A DNA stretch of 64,000 bases from an uncultured Gammaproteobacteria bacterium (GTDB lineage: Bacteria; Pseudomonadota; Gammaproteobacteria; Arenicellales; CAJQKF01). The DNA is taken from the NCBI GenBank assembly GCA_905478855.1, contig CAJQKF010000053.1, positions 1,117-65,116 on the forward strand, written 5' to 3'. The position numbers and the translations under genes were made by a program. Below, in pieces: positions 29,801 to 38,409 of the stretch; within the stretch, counting starts at the first letter, position 1, and each line of letters begins with the position of its first letter. The notes under the pieces are model-generated. The model was not told the DNA's origin. It was given only the letters and a program-made list of their open reading frames with translations, and made no database searches.

Positions 29801-31500
29801 ATCGCACTGAATACAGTTTTGATGCGGGCAACCGAGTCACGTCAATGACCTATCCGAATGGTCGAGTTGTGTCCTATCAACGGGATAGTATCGGTCGCAT
29901 CAGCAGTGTAGACAGTATGCTAGGGAACGCTGCACAAGCGGTGGTGCATAGCCGAGCCTATCGTGCAGATAGATTGCTGATCAGACAAACCTTTGGTAAT
30001 GGATTAAATGAATCTCGCGATTACGACACTCAAGGACAATTAATTAATCACGTTATTGGCGGCCACGAAGCACGCTCGTTTATCTATGATGCAAATGGTA
30101 ACGTAACCGCTATATTTAACGCTCAAAAACCAACAGAATACGAGTACGACAGTCTTAACCGACTAACAGGAGAAAGCAGTATAGTGGCTGGGATTGGCAA
30201 TGATAGTCCAACCCATCCATTGACCCTATGGATGTACGACGAGAATAGTAATCGCATTAATAGAACTATGGGTAATCTACTGAACGACACACCGGACTGT
30301 GACCCCGATGTAGATGAAAGCTGCAGCCTGGTATGCTCTCCCGGAGATTGGTGTTTTGCAGACGGACAAAAAAGCAAAGCCTATATTTATGCACCGCAAT
30401 CCAATCAGTTAACCCGGGTAGGCAACAAATCCGTTGTAAAGGATGCCGCCGGAAATACGTTATCGGATAAGAACGCAAAGCGCACATTTAATTACGATAG
30501 TGCCGGACGTTTATTCCAGTTCTATAAAAATGGAATTTTAAAAGCCGAGTATACCTATAACAGTCAGAATCAGCGTGTAAAGAAATCCCTGTATAAACTG
30601 GATCATTTAGGTGATCCTATTGTCCATACTTTTCAGTTTTTCTATGATCAACAGGGTCAATTGATCAGTGAATACAAGAATGGAAAACCTATTCGAGATT
30701 ATCTGTGGGCCGATAATCAGCCCATTCAGCGGGATCAAATCAAACTGAAAAGCAATGGCGATATAATTATTAAGAATAGTCTTTCGCTGGTTACGGATCA
30801 CCTACATACACCACGTTTAGCGATGGACGAAACCAACACCATTGTTTGGCGCTGGGATTCCAATGCCTTTGGTAAAGGTGGTGTCGAGAAAGATCCGGAT
30901 GCCGATGGCAGCAAACATAACATTCGCCTGCGTTTTCCGGGACAGTACGCAGATACCGAGTCCGGGTTGTATTACAATTGGAATCGGTATTATGATCCCA
31001 TTATGGGTCGGTATATAACCAGTGATCCAATTGGGCTTAGTGGGGGAATTAATACTTATGGGTATGCGTTGCAGAACCCTGGAAGGTTTGTTGATCCGAT
31101 GGGGCTCTACATACCGACTAATTGGTCAGATAATTGTGAGTTGATAATAACTGATAACGATTCATCTAAAAGTTTGCGACAAATAATCGGAGATCCCTAC
31201 GTATATAACAGAGACATTCTATTTACTGGGATACCTATTAGCCGACGAAAAGGTGATGTATTAAAAATCGGGTTCGTCGCTAGACTTTTCTGGAAACAAG
31301 TAATCTACAATTTTCAGTTTAGTATTACCGACATTGAATACTATCTCGAATGCAAAGAAGTTGATGAATGTGGAGAGGAATCAATAACAAGAGACGCTAG
31401 TCATCATTATGAAGAAAATGAATTAAGGCTAGCAGACATAATTAGGAAATGGACAGAAATTATTTATAATGATGCGGACATTCCCATAATTCGTCGATAA
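26890..31500 (+). CDS. RHS/YD-repeat polymorphic toxin with Sec-type N-terminus and unclassified C-terminal domain
   Basis: Dozens of YD-type repeats (e.g. YHYDAAHDLISVTD, YLYDSRGNKIED, YEYDGHDRLTQ, YVYDDLGNLL, FEYDAYGNRL). The RHS core end is RYYDPIMGRYITSDPIGLSGGINTYGYALQNPGRFVDPMGL. ATG 26890 is preceded by GGGGGAG at 26878-26884; the track starts at GTG 26824. Confidence 0.9.
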   Translation: MDFTFMLSGAGYFNNSLCRCRLKNRVLSIVAFLIATCSVGVFAGVQVEPNVSPWKYTICRDTNWQHAAEWRKECERWDVGTWHVDSKLRTSCINKNDPRPWDDEGVLLDKAAAYSGPPASWTTNWLNKGGVFYSFCWDHDADDEVTSPRYSLGVEIRNFRKVMSNGSHYVTRRDRTAGCPAESTVQGGQCILPEPPANQDIGCDDDNDSQVGNPCDAATGNKYESDTDVSIAGIKLTRSYNSQNPQDSGFGKGWSSNVQRRLSVAGSSILSYRSDGKSEPWVKAGSNWSSDGDETLMLSEDANGFTLTRANGTNEYYSLTGQLVSITDTNGLATQYHYGTNDKVTSIIGPWGHTLSLTYNHDDLINTATDSLGYTWVYGYDTNRNLVSVTYPDFDPQDLSNNPIKTYHYENINFPNHLTGITDERGDRYATFTYNSSGLAIGTEHGITTNGVPQEAYSLHYDSSTQTTVTDAAGTVQIMSFTEQLGRKKLTQSQHVADGLSINKSYDSNNNLLSRIDEEGRLTQYTYNAYNQKTSTIEAVGTPEQRTTIYAYYSNAIDLITNVIRESVSAGDHFETTTVYDTHLNPVSVTQTGFQPDESVISRSTSMTYDSAGRVLSIDGSRTDTADITTLTYYTCATGAECGQLASVTNAAGHTTTYDMYDANGRPLQITDSNGTVSTSVYDYRGRLISSTLTPLIGIPRTTLYAFDDANQLESVTYADGVTALYHYDAAHDLISVTDNIGNRVEYLYDSRGNKIEDLTKNSDGTLVNKMERVFDIRNRIAATHMGGGNGEVASVSHQLHDAIGKLIERTDPNQNPPTTYEYDGHDRLTQTIDALFNPTVYEYNIHDNLVQVGAPNGASTEYVYDDLGNLLSESSPDRGLITYTHDVAGNVIGMVDARGVSVVYRYDALNRLLSVDYPGTDEDQSFRYDSCIQGVGRLCVINDESGLLEFEYDAYGNRLVESRTQDNATYRTEYSFDAGNRVTSMTYPNGRVVSYQRDSIGRISSVDSMLGNAAQAVVHSRAYRADRLLIRQTFGNGLNESRDYDTQGQLINHVIGGHEARSFIYDANGNVTAIFNAQKPTEYEYDSLNRLTGESSIVAGIGNDSPTHPLTLWMYDENSNRINRTMGNLLNDTPDCDPDVDESCSLVCSPGDWCFADGQKSKAYIYAPQSNQLTRVGNKSVVKDAAGNTLSDKNAKRTFNYDSAGRLFQFYKNGILKAEYTYNSQNQRVKKSLYKLDHLGDPIVHTFQFFYDQQGQLISEYKNGKPIRDYLWADNQPIQRDQIKLKSNGDIIIKNSLSLVTDHLHTPRLAMDETNTIVWRWDSNAFGKGGVEKDPDADGSKHNIRLRFPGQYADTESGLYYNWNRYYDPIMGRYITSDPIGLSGGINTYGYALQNPGRFVDPMGLYIPTNWSDNCELIITDNDSSKSLRQIIGDPYVYNRDILFTGIPISRRKGDVLKIGFVARLFWKQVIYNFQFSITDIEYYLECKEVDECGEESITRDASHHYEENELRLADIIRKWTEIIYNDADIPIIRR
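31108..31497 (+). other. C-terminal variable (putative toxin) domain of the RHS protein, 130 aa
   Basis: This is everything after DPMGL: YIPTNWSDNCELIITDNDSSK...NDADIPIIRR. I recognise no nuclease, deaminase, ADP-ribosyltransferase or peptidase motif. It is visibly AT-rich, with many ATA/AGA/AGG codons relative to the repeat core. Confidence 0.6.
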
Positions 31501-31503
31501 ATA

Positions 31504-31899
31504 ATGAAAACTATGTCTTCCATATTTGGCTTTGGATTATTTTCCATAGCACTATACTTTGTTCATATTCTGTTAACGATACCGATTGATAAGCTATCAA
31601 ATTTTTTGTATCGGTTGAATCCATTTGTTGGAGAATTTTTTCTTATTATTGATAGCCTTCTTATTCTGTTTTTGGTCTATTTTTTGTATGGGTATTTACT
31701 ATACAAATCATCAAAGTCGATTAGGTGGGCAATGTGGTTTGGTGCATTTTCTACTATTGTTACGGTAATGTTCTTGCGGGTTGATATATACGAAGAAAGT
31801 TATCTACTTCTTGCTAGAAAATGCATGTTGTACATAATGCCAATGTTAGCGACTGTTCTAGGGTGGTATTTACATTCCGGTCGTAAATCATCAACCTAG
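31504..31899 (+). CDS. putative cognate immunity protein, four-helix integral membrane protein
   Basis: 131 aa. It starts 3 nt after the RHS stop, has the same AT-rich composition and shows four hydrophobic segments. The role is inferred from its position directly after a polymorphic-toxin C-terminus. Confidence 0.55.
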   Translation: MKTMSSIFGFGLFSIALYFVHILLTIPIDKLSNFLYRLNPFVGEFFLIIDSLLILFLVYFLYGYLLYKSSKSIRWAMWFGAFSTIVTVMFLRVDIYEESYLLLARKCMLYIMPMLATVLGWYLHSGRKSST

Positions 31900-31972
31900 A
31901 AAATAGAATAACCACAAAGCGGAGCTAACGTTAAAGTATTATGAGATGATGGCGATCAGCATTTTAGTAATA

Positions 31973-31992
31973 GATGCTTCTGCGGAAGCATC
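31973..31992. terminator. 8-bp perfect hairpin downstream of the RHS-immunity pair
   Basis: GATGCTTC-TGCG-GAAGCATC read directly. No U-tract follows, so terminator function is tentative. Confidence 0.3.
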
Positions 31993-32218
31993 AGGGGAAA
32001 ATCGATGTTACTGAAGTGTCGAAAGGTGGTCGATTTAAGGTGATTCATCTTTAAAAAAAGTCATAAACCAATATCAGATAATTCTGGATGTCCATCGGGA
32101 CGGCGTTCTTCAGGCCAGTGAAGCTTGCACTCGGATTTATCAATCCCAAGATCCTTGACACTGGCATTCCGTATTTGTAGTAGCCTATGTCCGGTTAACT
32201 CCCAATTTTCATTTCCAT

Positions 32219-32980
32219 TTAACGCTGCTTTACTATTTGCATCTTCGTCTCGCTCGCATGCAGAATCTCATCCATGCGAATAAGGCCAGCGGAGTTTTTG
32301 TTTCTGGTGATGAATCCTGCGGCTTTCACATCACCTCGACGTAAGGCACTCAAGGTTTGATTTACATCGTCTGAGACGTTTTTGAACTCGGTTGCAATGT
32401 CCGTTTGGGGTAACAAAGAGAACCATAATCGCGTTGTGCGGTGATATAACTCATCATACATATCGTGCAAAACTTCGTTGCCTATGAGTTGGCATTTGCA
32501 GGCGTGTAGCCTTATATCAATGGAAGCCATTTTTTCGGCGGTTAATTCTTCAGTAATGGAATTGCACTCGTTTTGTAGATCTTCAAGTGACTGAAATAGC
32601 GCTTCATCAGGAAGATTAGGGCTCAAAGATCCAACCAGTTCGGCTAGCCCAATGCGTAACTGCATAACCCTTCGAATTTGCTCAACATCGATCTCAGTCA
32701 CAATAGTGCCTACACCGTGACGAGTAACAGCCAACCCCTCGTGTTCTAGTCGCTGCAATACCGAGCGAATCGGAGTGCGACTGACTTTAAATTCAAGTGC
32801 GAGAGCGTCCAGATCAAGACGGGCGCCCGGAGGGAAGTGTAGAAGGGTAATGCGAACGCGCAGTGAATTATAGATAGACATAAACCGTTGTCGCGAGGGA
32901 CTTTGGTCGGCGCTATTAGTCTGTCTAGACAACGACTCAATGGTAGCTTTAACGATGTCGTTGGGGCGGTGATTCAGCAT
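32219..32980 (-). CDS. GntR-family transcriptional regulator (FadR/FCD-type C-terminal domain)
   Basis: 253 aa with a winged-helix region, LDLDALALEFKVSRTPIRSVLQRLEHEGLV-like. It is divergent from the ehu-like transporter operon. Confidence 0.8.
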   Translation of the reverse strand: MLNHRPNDIVKATIESLSRQTNSADQSPSRQRFMSIYNSLRVRITLLHFPPGARLDLDALALEFKVSRTPIRSVLQRLEHEGLAVTRHGVGTIVTEIDVEQIRRVMQLRIGLAELVGSLSPNLPDEALFQSLEDLQNECNSITEELTAEKMASIDIRLHACKCQLIGNEVLHDMYDELYHRTTRLWFSLLPQTDIATEFKNVSDDVNQTLSALRRGDVKAAGFITRNKNSAGLIRMDEILHASETKMQIVKQR

Positions 32981-33231
32981 GTCCAGTGATTTAAGTAATT
33001 TATTTGTGTATTAAGTCCGCATAAATAATATGCCATGGTTATTTTATACCGATTCTTCTCTTTTGTGATGATATACATATCAAAGAGGCTATTTAAGATA
33101 TGAATTCGAATAAGCTAGTAATGACGTGCAATATTTTGTAGTATAGTTCTGGTTCAACTTATTGATATATATATCTATAAGGTTGTGCTAAAACGAATTA
33201 GTCAAAATAAAACCTCAAGAGGAGGCATACT

Positions 33232-34092
33232 ATGAAATCAGTAACTAAAGCATTATCTAACGGGTTTACCGCAGTTGCAGTTGCTCTGACGATCAGTGGG
33301 AGCAGTTTCGCTGCCAGCGACACGCTGCTTAATGGCGCAAAATCGGGCGGCGAAGTCCGTCTGGGTTTTGCTAATGAAGTACCGTGGGCTTATCCAGGTG
33401 AAGGCAACGCCCCTTTGGGTTTTGTGAATACCATCGTTATTAATACTTTGAAGTCCATGGGTATCGAAAATCTTGCGCCCGTAGTTTCAGACTGGGCAGG
33501 TCTCATACCAGGTATAAAAGCCAATCGCTACGATATCGTAACTGGAGGGATGTACATTTTAAAGAAGCGCTGCGAGAACATGGATTTTTCAGACCCGATC
33601 GGTGTGTTCGGTGATGTGCTCGTTGTTGCCAAAGGAAATCCGAAAAACCTGCATAACTATCAGGATGTAATCAACACGAAATCTATTTTGGTTACCGGAA
33701 CAGGCTACAACACAATTGATGTTGCCAAAAGTGAAGGTGTTCCGGATGGAGATCTTATGTTGGTGCCAGGTCCCACAGAGATGCTCGCTGCACTGCTTGC
33801 CGGGCGTGCTGACGCTATCGTAACCAATACGTTTACCGCGCAAGAATTGGCTGATCAGAGTGATGGTAAAGCAGAGCTTTCAGATCCGTCAAAGATGCCA
33901 GAGTTTACTCTGAACTGGGTAGGCATTGGCTTTAGAGCCGAAGATTCTGGTTTTCGTGAAGCTTACAATGTAGCGCAGGCCAAGTATATTGGTACAGAGG
34001 AGATGCTAGCTGCTGTGGCCGAATACGGTTACACCAAAGACCAGTTGCCAGGTGCCAATGCATCAACCGAGTTTGCATGCGCTAATCGGTAG
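33232..34092 (+). CDS. ehuB: ectoine/hydroxyectoine-type ABC transporter substrate-binding protein (EhuB-like)
   Basis: 286 aa with a signal peptide and SD GAGGAGG upstream. It has a family-3 SBP fold with a Cys pair (KKRCENMDFSDP ... FACANR) placed as in S. meliloti EhuB. Context is with doeA/doeB. Confidence 0.7.
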   Translation: MKSVTKALSNGFTAVAVALTISGSSFAASDTLLNGAKSGGEVRLGFANEVPWAYPGEGNAPLGFVNTIVINTLKSMGIENLAPVVSDWAGLIPGIKANRYDIVTGGMYILKKRCENMDFSDPIGVFGDVLVVAKGNPKNLHNYQDVINTKSILVTGTGYNTIDVAKSEGVPDGDLMLVPGPTEMLAALLAGRADAIVTNTFTAQELADQSDGKAELSDPSKMPEFTLNWVGIGFRAEDSGFREAYNVAQAKYIGTEEMLAAVAEYGYTKDQLPGANASTEFACANR

Positions 34093-34161
34093 TATCTGGT
34101 TCTTCGTATAGACGTGGCGCCCCGATGTGAGTCGGGTAGCCCGTTAACAAAGGATAATTAA

Positions 34162-34842
34162 GTGCAGGAATATTTCGAGTATCTTCAGCAATACGGGCCG
34201 CGTTTTGTTGACGGCACGCTGGTAACGATACAACAAACAGTTATCGCCGGCATCCTGGCAATCGCGATTTCTATCGTGCTTGGATTGATGAAACTTTCGA
34301 CCAACAAGATTATGCGTTGGCCAGCGATCGCCTATATTGAGTTTTTTCGCGGTACATCACTGCTAGTGCAGCTTTACTGGATTTTCTATGTTTTGCCTTT
34401 GTTTGGTGTCACTCTAGAAAAATTTACCGCTGGCTTTCTTGCTGTTGGGCTAAATCTGGGTGCCTATGGCGCTGAGTTGGTGCGCGGCTCTATCCAGTCA
34501 GTAGCCCGCGGGCAATATGAAGCTGCGTTGGCGCTGAATATGTCGCCCTACAAGCGTATGGTGCGAATTATTTTTCCGCAGGCTTTACTTATTATGTTGC
34601 CCCCATGGGGTAATTTGCTGATTGAGCTTCTCAAAGGCACAGCTCTCGTTTCACTAATTTCAGTGACCGATTTGATGTTCGAAGCTAAGCAGATTAATGG
34701 TTCTACATTTTTATCTGCTGAAAGCTTTGGTACCGCACTGATCATCTATTATCTGATGGCTCGATTGGTTGTGTCGCCAAGTATGCGCAGCTTTGAAAAG
34801 TTCTGGGCACGCAAAATGGGGAGGTTTGATACCCATGTTTGA
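34162..34842 (+). CDS. ehuC: amino-acid-type ABC transporter permease (EhuC-like)
   Basis: 226 aa, polytopic, with an EAA-like loop GQYEAALALNMSPYKRMVRIIFPQA. Confidence 0.7.
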   Translation: MQEYFEYLQQYGPRFVDGTLVTIQQTVIAGILAIAISIVLGLMKLSTNKIMRWPAIAYIEFFRGTSLLVQLYWIFYVLPLFGVTLEKFTAGFLAVGLNLGAYGAELVRGSIQSVARGQYEAALALNMSPYKRMVRIIFPQALLIMLPPWGNLLIELLKGTALVSLISVTDLMFEAKQINGSTFLSAESFGTALIIYYLMARLVVSPSMRSFEKFWARKMGRFDTHV

Positions 34843-35506
34843 TTGGAAGTGGGAATACAGTGTCGAGATATTGCCGCGATTGCTGTCGGCCACTGTCAAC
34901 ACACTCTTGGCAGCAGGATTTGGGTACCTCATTGCATTGATTGTGGGCCTCGCTTTTGCCTTATTGCAGCGCACTGGTGTTCGCCCCATCACATTCGTTG
35001 TTCGGGAGATTGTCGAATTTATTCGGTCGACACCTTTGATAGTGCAAATCTTTTTCATATTTTACGTTGGGCCGCAATTTGGAATTCGTTTGTCACCCTG
35101 GACGTCGGGGATGATTGCCATTGGCTTACATTACGCTTCTTACTTATCTGAAGTCTACCGAGCGGGCTTGGACAATGTGCCAAAAGGTCAATGGGAGGCT
35201 TGTAAGGCGCTCAATATGGGTCCGGTCCAAATTTATTTTCGGATTATCATTCCTCAAGCAATTCCACCTAGCCTGCCAGGGATGGGAAATTACTTGATCA
35301 GTATTTTCAAAGATACACCAATGTTATCTGTCATTGGTGTAGCAGAACTAATGCATGCCGCAACAACTATTGGTTCTGAAACCTATCGCTATGTCGAGCC
35401 TTACACATTGGTTGGTTTGATCTTCCTTGCAATTTCTCTGCCCACAGCACTAGCATTGCGCCAGTTAGAGGCGCGGGTACGCCGAAAAATGGGCATGAAT
35501 CGATGA
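34835..35506 (+). CDS. ehuD: amino-acid-type ABC transporter permease (EhuD-like)
   Basis: ATG 34835 overlaps the upstream TGA (ATGTTTGA). It has the EAA loop GQWEACKALNMGPVQIYFRIIIPQA. The track start at 34769 is a likely over-extension. Confidence 0.7.
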   Translation: MFDWKWEYSVEILPRLLSATVNTLLAAGFGYLIALIVGLAFALLQRTGVRPITFVVREIVEFIRSTPLIVQIFFIFYVGPQFGIRLSPWTSGMIAIGLHYASYLSEVYRAGLDNVPKGQWEACKALNMGPVQIYFRIIIPQAIPPSLPGMGNYLISIFKDTPMLSVIGVAELMHAATTIGSETYRYVEPYTLVGLIFLAISLPTALALRQLEARVRRKMGMNR

Positions 35507-35543
35507 CGCTTATTCCACCACTATTTATCCTAATGAGGGCAGT

Positions 35544-36353
35544 GTGAACACGAATACTCACCCACTAGGACTGGCGGGTAAAGCACCGTTGGTTCGATTT
35601 CAAAACGTGACAAAACGCTATGGATCCTTAACCGTTTTAGACAATCTCGATCTGGACATAAACGCGAATGAGATGGTTTCTATTATTGGGCCATCTGGCT
35701 CTGGTAAAACAACCGTATTACGCATGTTAATGACACTAGAAACGATTGATGAAGGTGTAATTTACGTAGGTGGTGAACCACTGACACATATGGTGCAGGG
35801 AGATAATTTGGTGCGTGCCAACGAAAAACACTTACGCAAAGTGCGTGGAAACGTCGGCATGTGTTTTCAGCATTTTCATTTGTTTCCGCATATGACCGCA
35901 TTAGAAAATTGCATTGAAGCGCCGATTCACGTTTTGGGTATGAAGCGAGCCGAGGCAGAAGAAAGGGCTCTCGATTTACTCGATATGGTCGGCCTTGCTG
36001 ATAAAAAAGACGAACATCCGAGCCGTTTGTCAGGCGGACAGCAACAGCGTGTTGCGATTGCCCGTGCGCTTGCTATGCGGCCTAAAGTGATGTTACTTGA
36101 TGAAGTTACCTCGGCATTAGATCCGGAAGTCATTGGTGAAGTGCTGAATGTAATCCGAAAACTAAACGATGAACACGATTTGACCATGCTTATGGTCACG
36201 CACCAGATGGGTTTTGCTAAAGAAATTTCCGACCGAGTATGTTTTTTCTCTGAGGGAAAGATTGCTGAACAGGGGACATCGGAACAAATATTTGGCGATC
36301 CCCAGAATCTGCGAACCCAACAGTTTTTAAATGCAGTGCTGGATGCCGGATAG
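35544..36353 (+). CDS. ehuA: ABC transporter ATP-binding protein (EhuA-like)
   Basis: 269 aa with Walker A GPSGSGKTT, signature LSGGQQQRVAIARAL and Walker B MLLDEVTSALD. Confidence 0.8.
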   Translation: MNTNTHPLGLAGKAPLVRFQNVTKRYGSLTVLDNLDLDINANEMVSIIGPSGSGKTTVLRMLMTLETIDEGVIYVGGEPLTHMVQGDNLVRANEKHLRKVRGNVGMCFQHFHLFPHMTALENCIEAPIHVLGMKRAEAEERALDLLDMVGLADKKDEHPSRLSGGQQQRVAIARALAMRPKVMLLDEVTSALDPEVIGEVLNVIRKLNDEHDLTMLMVTHQMGFAKEISDRVCFFSEGKIAEQGTSEQIFGDPQNLRTQQFLNAVLDAG

Positions 36354-36398
36354 GTTAAAAACTGATATTACACAAATTTTGATTAAGGCAATAAATTT

Positions 36399-37388
36399 AT
36401 GATGGACAGTCCGATTACGCCGACTGTAGATTTTGAAAAAGACGGTGTTCAACACGGTTTTCTCAAACTACCGCATTCACATGATGATTCCGCTTGGGGC
36501 TCGATTATGATCCCTATCACTGTGGCTAAAAACGGTGAGGGCCCTACTGTTTTATTCACAGGTGCAAATCACGGAGATGAGTACGAAGGGCCTATTGCGC
36601 TTTATGATCTGGCTCATCGCATCAAGGCAGAAGAATTATCAGGCCGTGTGATTATTGTGCCTGGGATGAATTATCCTGCATTCCTGAGCGGTCACCGCAC
36701 TTCACCTATTGATGGGGGTAACATGAATCGCGTGTTTCCCGGAAATCCAGGTGGAACGTTGACAGAGAAAATTGCAGATTATTTTTATCGTACCTTATTG
36801 CCACTAGCTGATTATGTGGTGGATTTTCACTCTGGCGGTAAAACCTTAGACTTCCTCCCATTTTGTTGTGCACATGTGCTGGAGGGCAAGGAGCAGCAGG
36901 CACGGTGTATTGCCGCGATGAAAGCGTTTAACGCACCTCACTCGGTTATGCTGCTAGAGCTAGAGGCCGCGAGCATGTACGACACCGCTGCAGAAAGCAT
37001 GGGAAAAGTATTTATTGGAACAGAGCTTGCTGGAGGCGGAAGTGCTTCAGCGTTGACGATCGCGATTGCCAAAAAAGGCATCAGAAATATTCTCAGGCAT
37101 GCAAACATCACTCAGGGTGAACTCGAAGTTGATGAAAGCATTAGTTTGGATATGCCTAACGAGAATTGTTTTGTATTTAGTGAATCAGAAGGGTTGCTCG
37201 AGCTTTGTTTTAACCTGGGTGCAGAGGTTAAAGCTGGAGATTTACTCGCATTAGTTCATGACATTAAACGTACCGGTGTCGCACCAACCCAATATTACGC
37301 AGGGGTTAACGGCATTTTTACGGGGCGACATTTCCCCGGCTATATTCGTATGGGCGATTTTCTCGGCGTTATTGCCGTGCCAATATAA
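36399..37388 (+). CDS. doeB: N-alpha-acetyl-L-2,4-diaminobutyrate deacetylase (DoeB/EutE, succinylglutamate desuccinylase/aspartoacylase family)
   Basis: 329 aa. It has GFLKLPHSHDDSAWGSIMIPITV..GANHGDEYEGP..SPIDGGNMNRVFPG..DFHSGGKT, which matches the DoeB pattern as I recall it. Confidence 0.75.
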   Translation: MMDSPITPTVDFEKDGVQHGFLKLPHSHDDSAWGSIMIPITVAKNGEGPTVLFTGANHGDEYEGPIALYDLAHRIKAEELSGRVIIVPGMNYPAFLSGHRTSPIDGGNMNRVFPGNPGGTLTEKIADYFYRTLLPLADYVVDFHSGGKTLDFLPFCCAHVLEGKEQQARCIAAMKAFNAPHSVMLLELEAASMYDTAAESMGKVFIGTELAGGGSASALTIAIAKKGIRNILRHANITQGELEVDESISLDMPNENCFVFSESEGLLELCFNLGAEVKAGDLLALVHDIKRTGVAPTQYYAGVNGIFTGRHFPGYIRMGDFLGVIAVPI

Positions 37389-37419
37389 AGACTAATCATG
37401 TGTTGTAGGTAGTCAAGAT

Positions 37420-38196
37420 ATGACAATTGAAAATATAGAATTAACGCAATTCGAAACGGTGAGCGGTAGAACGCAGTTTGACGATGGTCCAGGCAGGTAC
37501 AGGATCGGCTTAGTCGCGTTATCTAATGATTATGTTACTGAGCTGGACTTTATGAATATGCGGCCCAGTAAAGATGTGGTTGTTTACACCAGTCGGGTGC
37601 CTAATACACCGGACTGTACCGTAGAAACGCTACAGAAAATGGCCGCGCACATCACCCAAGCGGCTTCACTTATTGTGCCAGAAGGGCGACTGGATGTGAT
37701 GGCCTATAGCTGTACATCGGGAACGGCGGTAATGGGGTTCGATAAGATTCGTTCGCTCATTCATGCAGCTCGCCCAGGCATCGCTTGTGTGACTCCGATC
37801 ACATCGTCGCTTGCGGCTCTGGATAAGTTCAACGCACAGAAAATAGCGGTTCTAACGCCGTATGTTGATGATGTAAATGCAGACATTGCCAAGTATATAG
37901 AACGCAGTGGTAAAACAATTAGCGCGTTTACCAGTTTCAAAATTGCGAGCAACGAAGAGATGGCAAAAATCGCTCCTGAAAGCATTTACCAAGCCGCATT
38001 GGCTGCCGATAGAGATGATGCCGACGCCTTATTTATTTCATGTACCGCCATTCGCGCAGTGGATGTTATTCATCAAATTGAGCAAAAACTTGGAAAACCG
38101 GTGGTAACTGCTGTCCAAGCGATGTATTGGCAAGCACTAAGGTTGTCTGGATATAATGAAAAAATAATTGGTTTTGGCCAACTTTTTTCTGTTTAG
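37420..38196 (+). CDS. eutA: Asp/Glu racemase-arylmalonate decarboxylase-maleate isomerase superfamily protein (EutA-like)
   Basis: 258 aa with two catalytic-type Cys motifs, YSCTSGT and ISCTAIR. Position between doeB and doeA. Confidence 0.6.
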   Translation: MTIENIELTQFETVSGRTQFDDGPGRYRIGLVALSNDYVTELDFMNMRPSKDVVVYTSRVPNTPDCTVETLQKMAAHITQAASLIVPEGRLDVMAYSCTSGTAVMGFDKIRSLIHAARPGIACVTPITSSLAALDKFNAQKIAVLTPYVDDVNADIAKYIERSGKTISAFTSFKIASNEEMAKIAPESIYQAALAADRDDADALFISCTAIRAVDVIHQIEQKLGKPVVTAVQAMYWQALRLSGYNEKIIGFGQLFSV

Positions 38197-38409
38197 TTCT
38201 TGAGAGTAAACAATGACTAGTAATGTTTGTGTGGAGCGGGCAAACTTGTTTTCTAATCGTTACCAATCAGACGGATAGTGCTTTTTGGTAGGGATGACTC
38301 CCGTAACTATGGCAACCGATGCGGCTGAGCGAATCGACGTGTTGATGAAAGCTATCCTGGCGCCTCACGCCTCAGAAAAGTATGCACCTGCTAAATATAG
38401 AGAATAATT

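Noticed and set aside
32040-32260. Start-less minus-strand open frame (..NGNENWELTGHRLLQIRNASVKDLGIDKSECKLHWPEERRPDGHPELSDIGL) between the immunity gene and the GntR gene. It was considered as an orphan toxin/immunity fragment or degraded gene.
   Set aside because: It has no ATG/GTG/TTG, partly overlaps the GntR 3' end in another frame and shows no recognisable motif. It is too short to judge without a BLASTX search.
33164-33175. 12-bp perfect palindrome GATATATATATC in the GntR/ehuB divergent region, considered as the regulator's operator.
   Set aside because: It is a simple TA-repeat palindrome in an AT-rich promoter region. It does not resemble the GT-N-AC core typical of FadR-type GntR operators, so it may just be a -10-like element.
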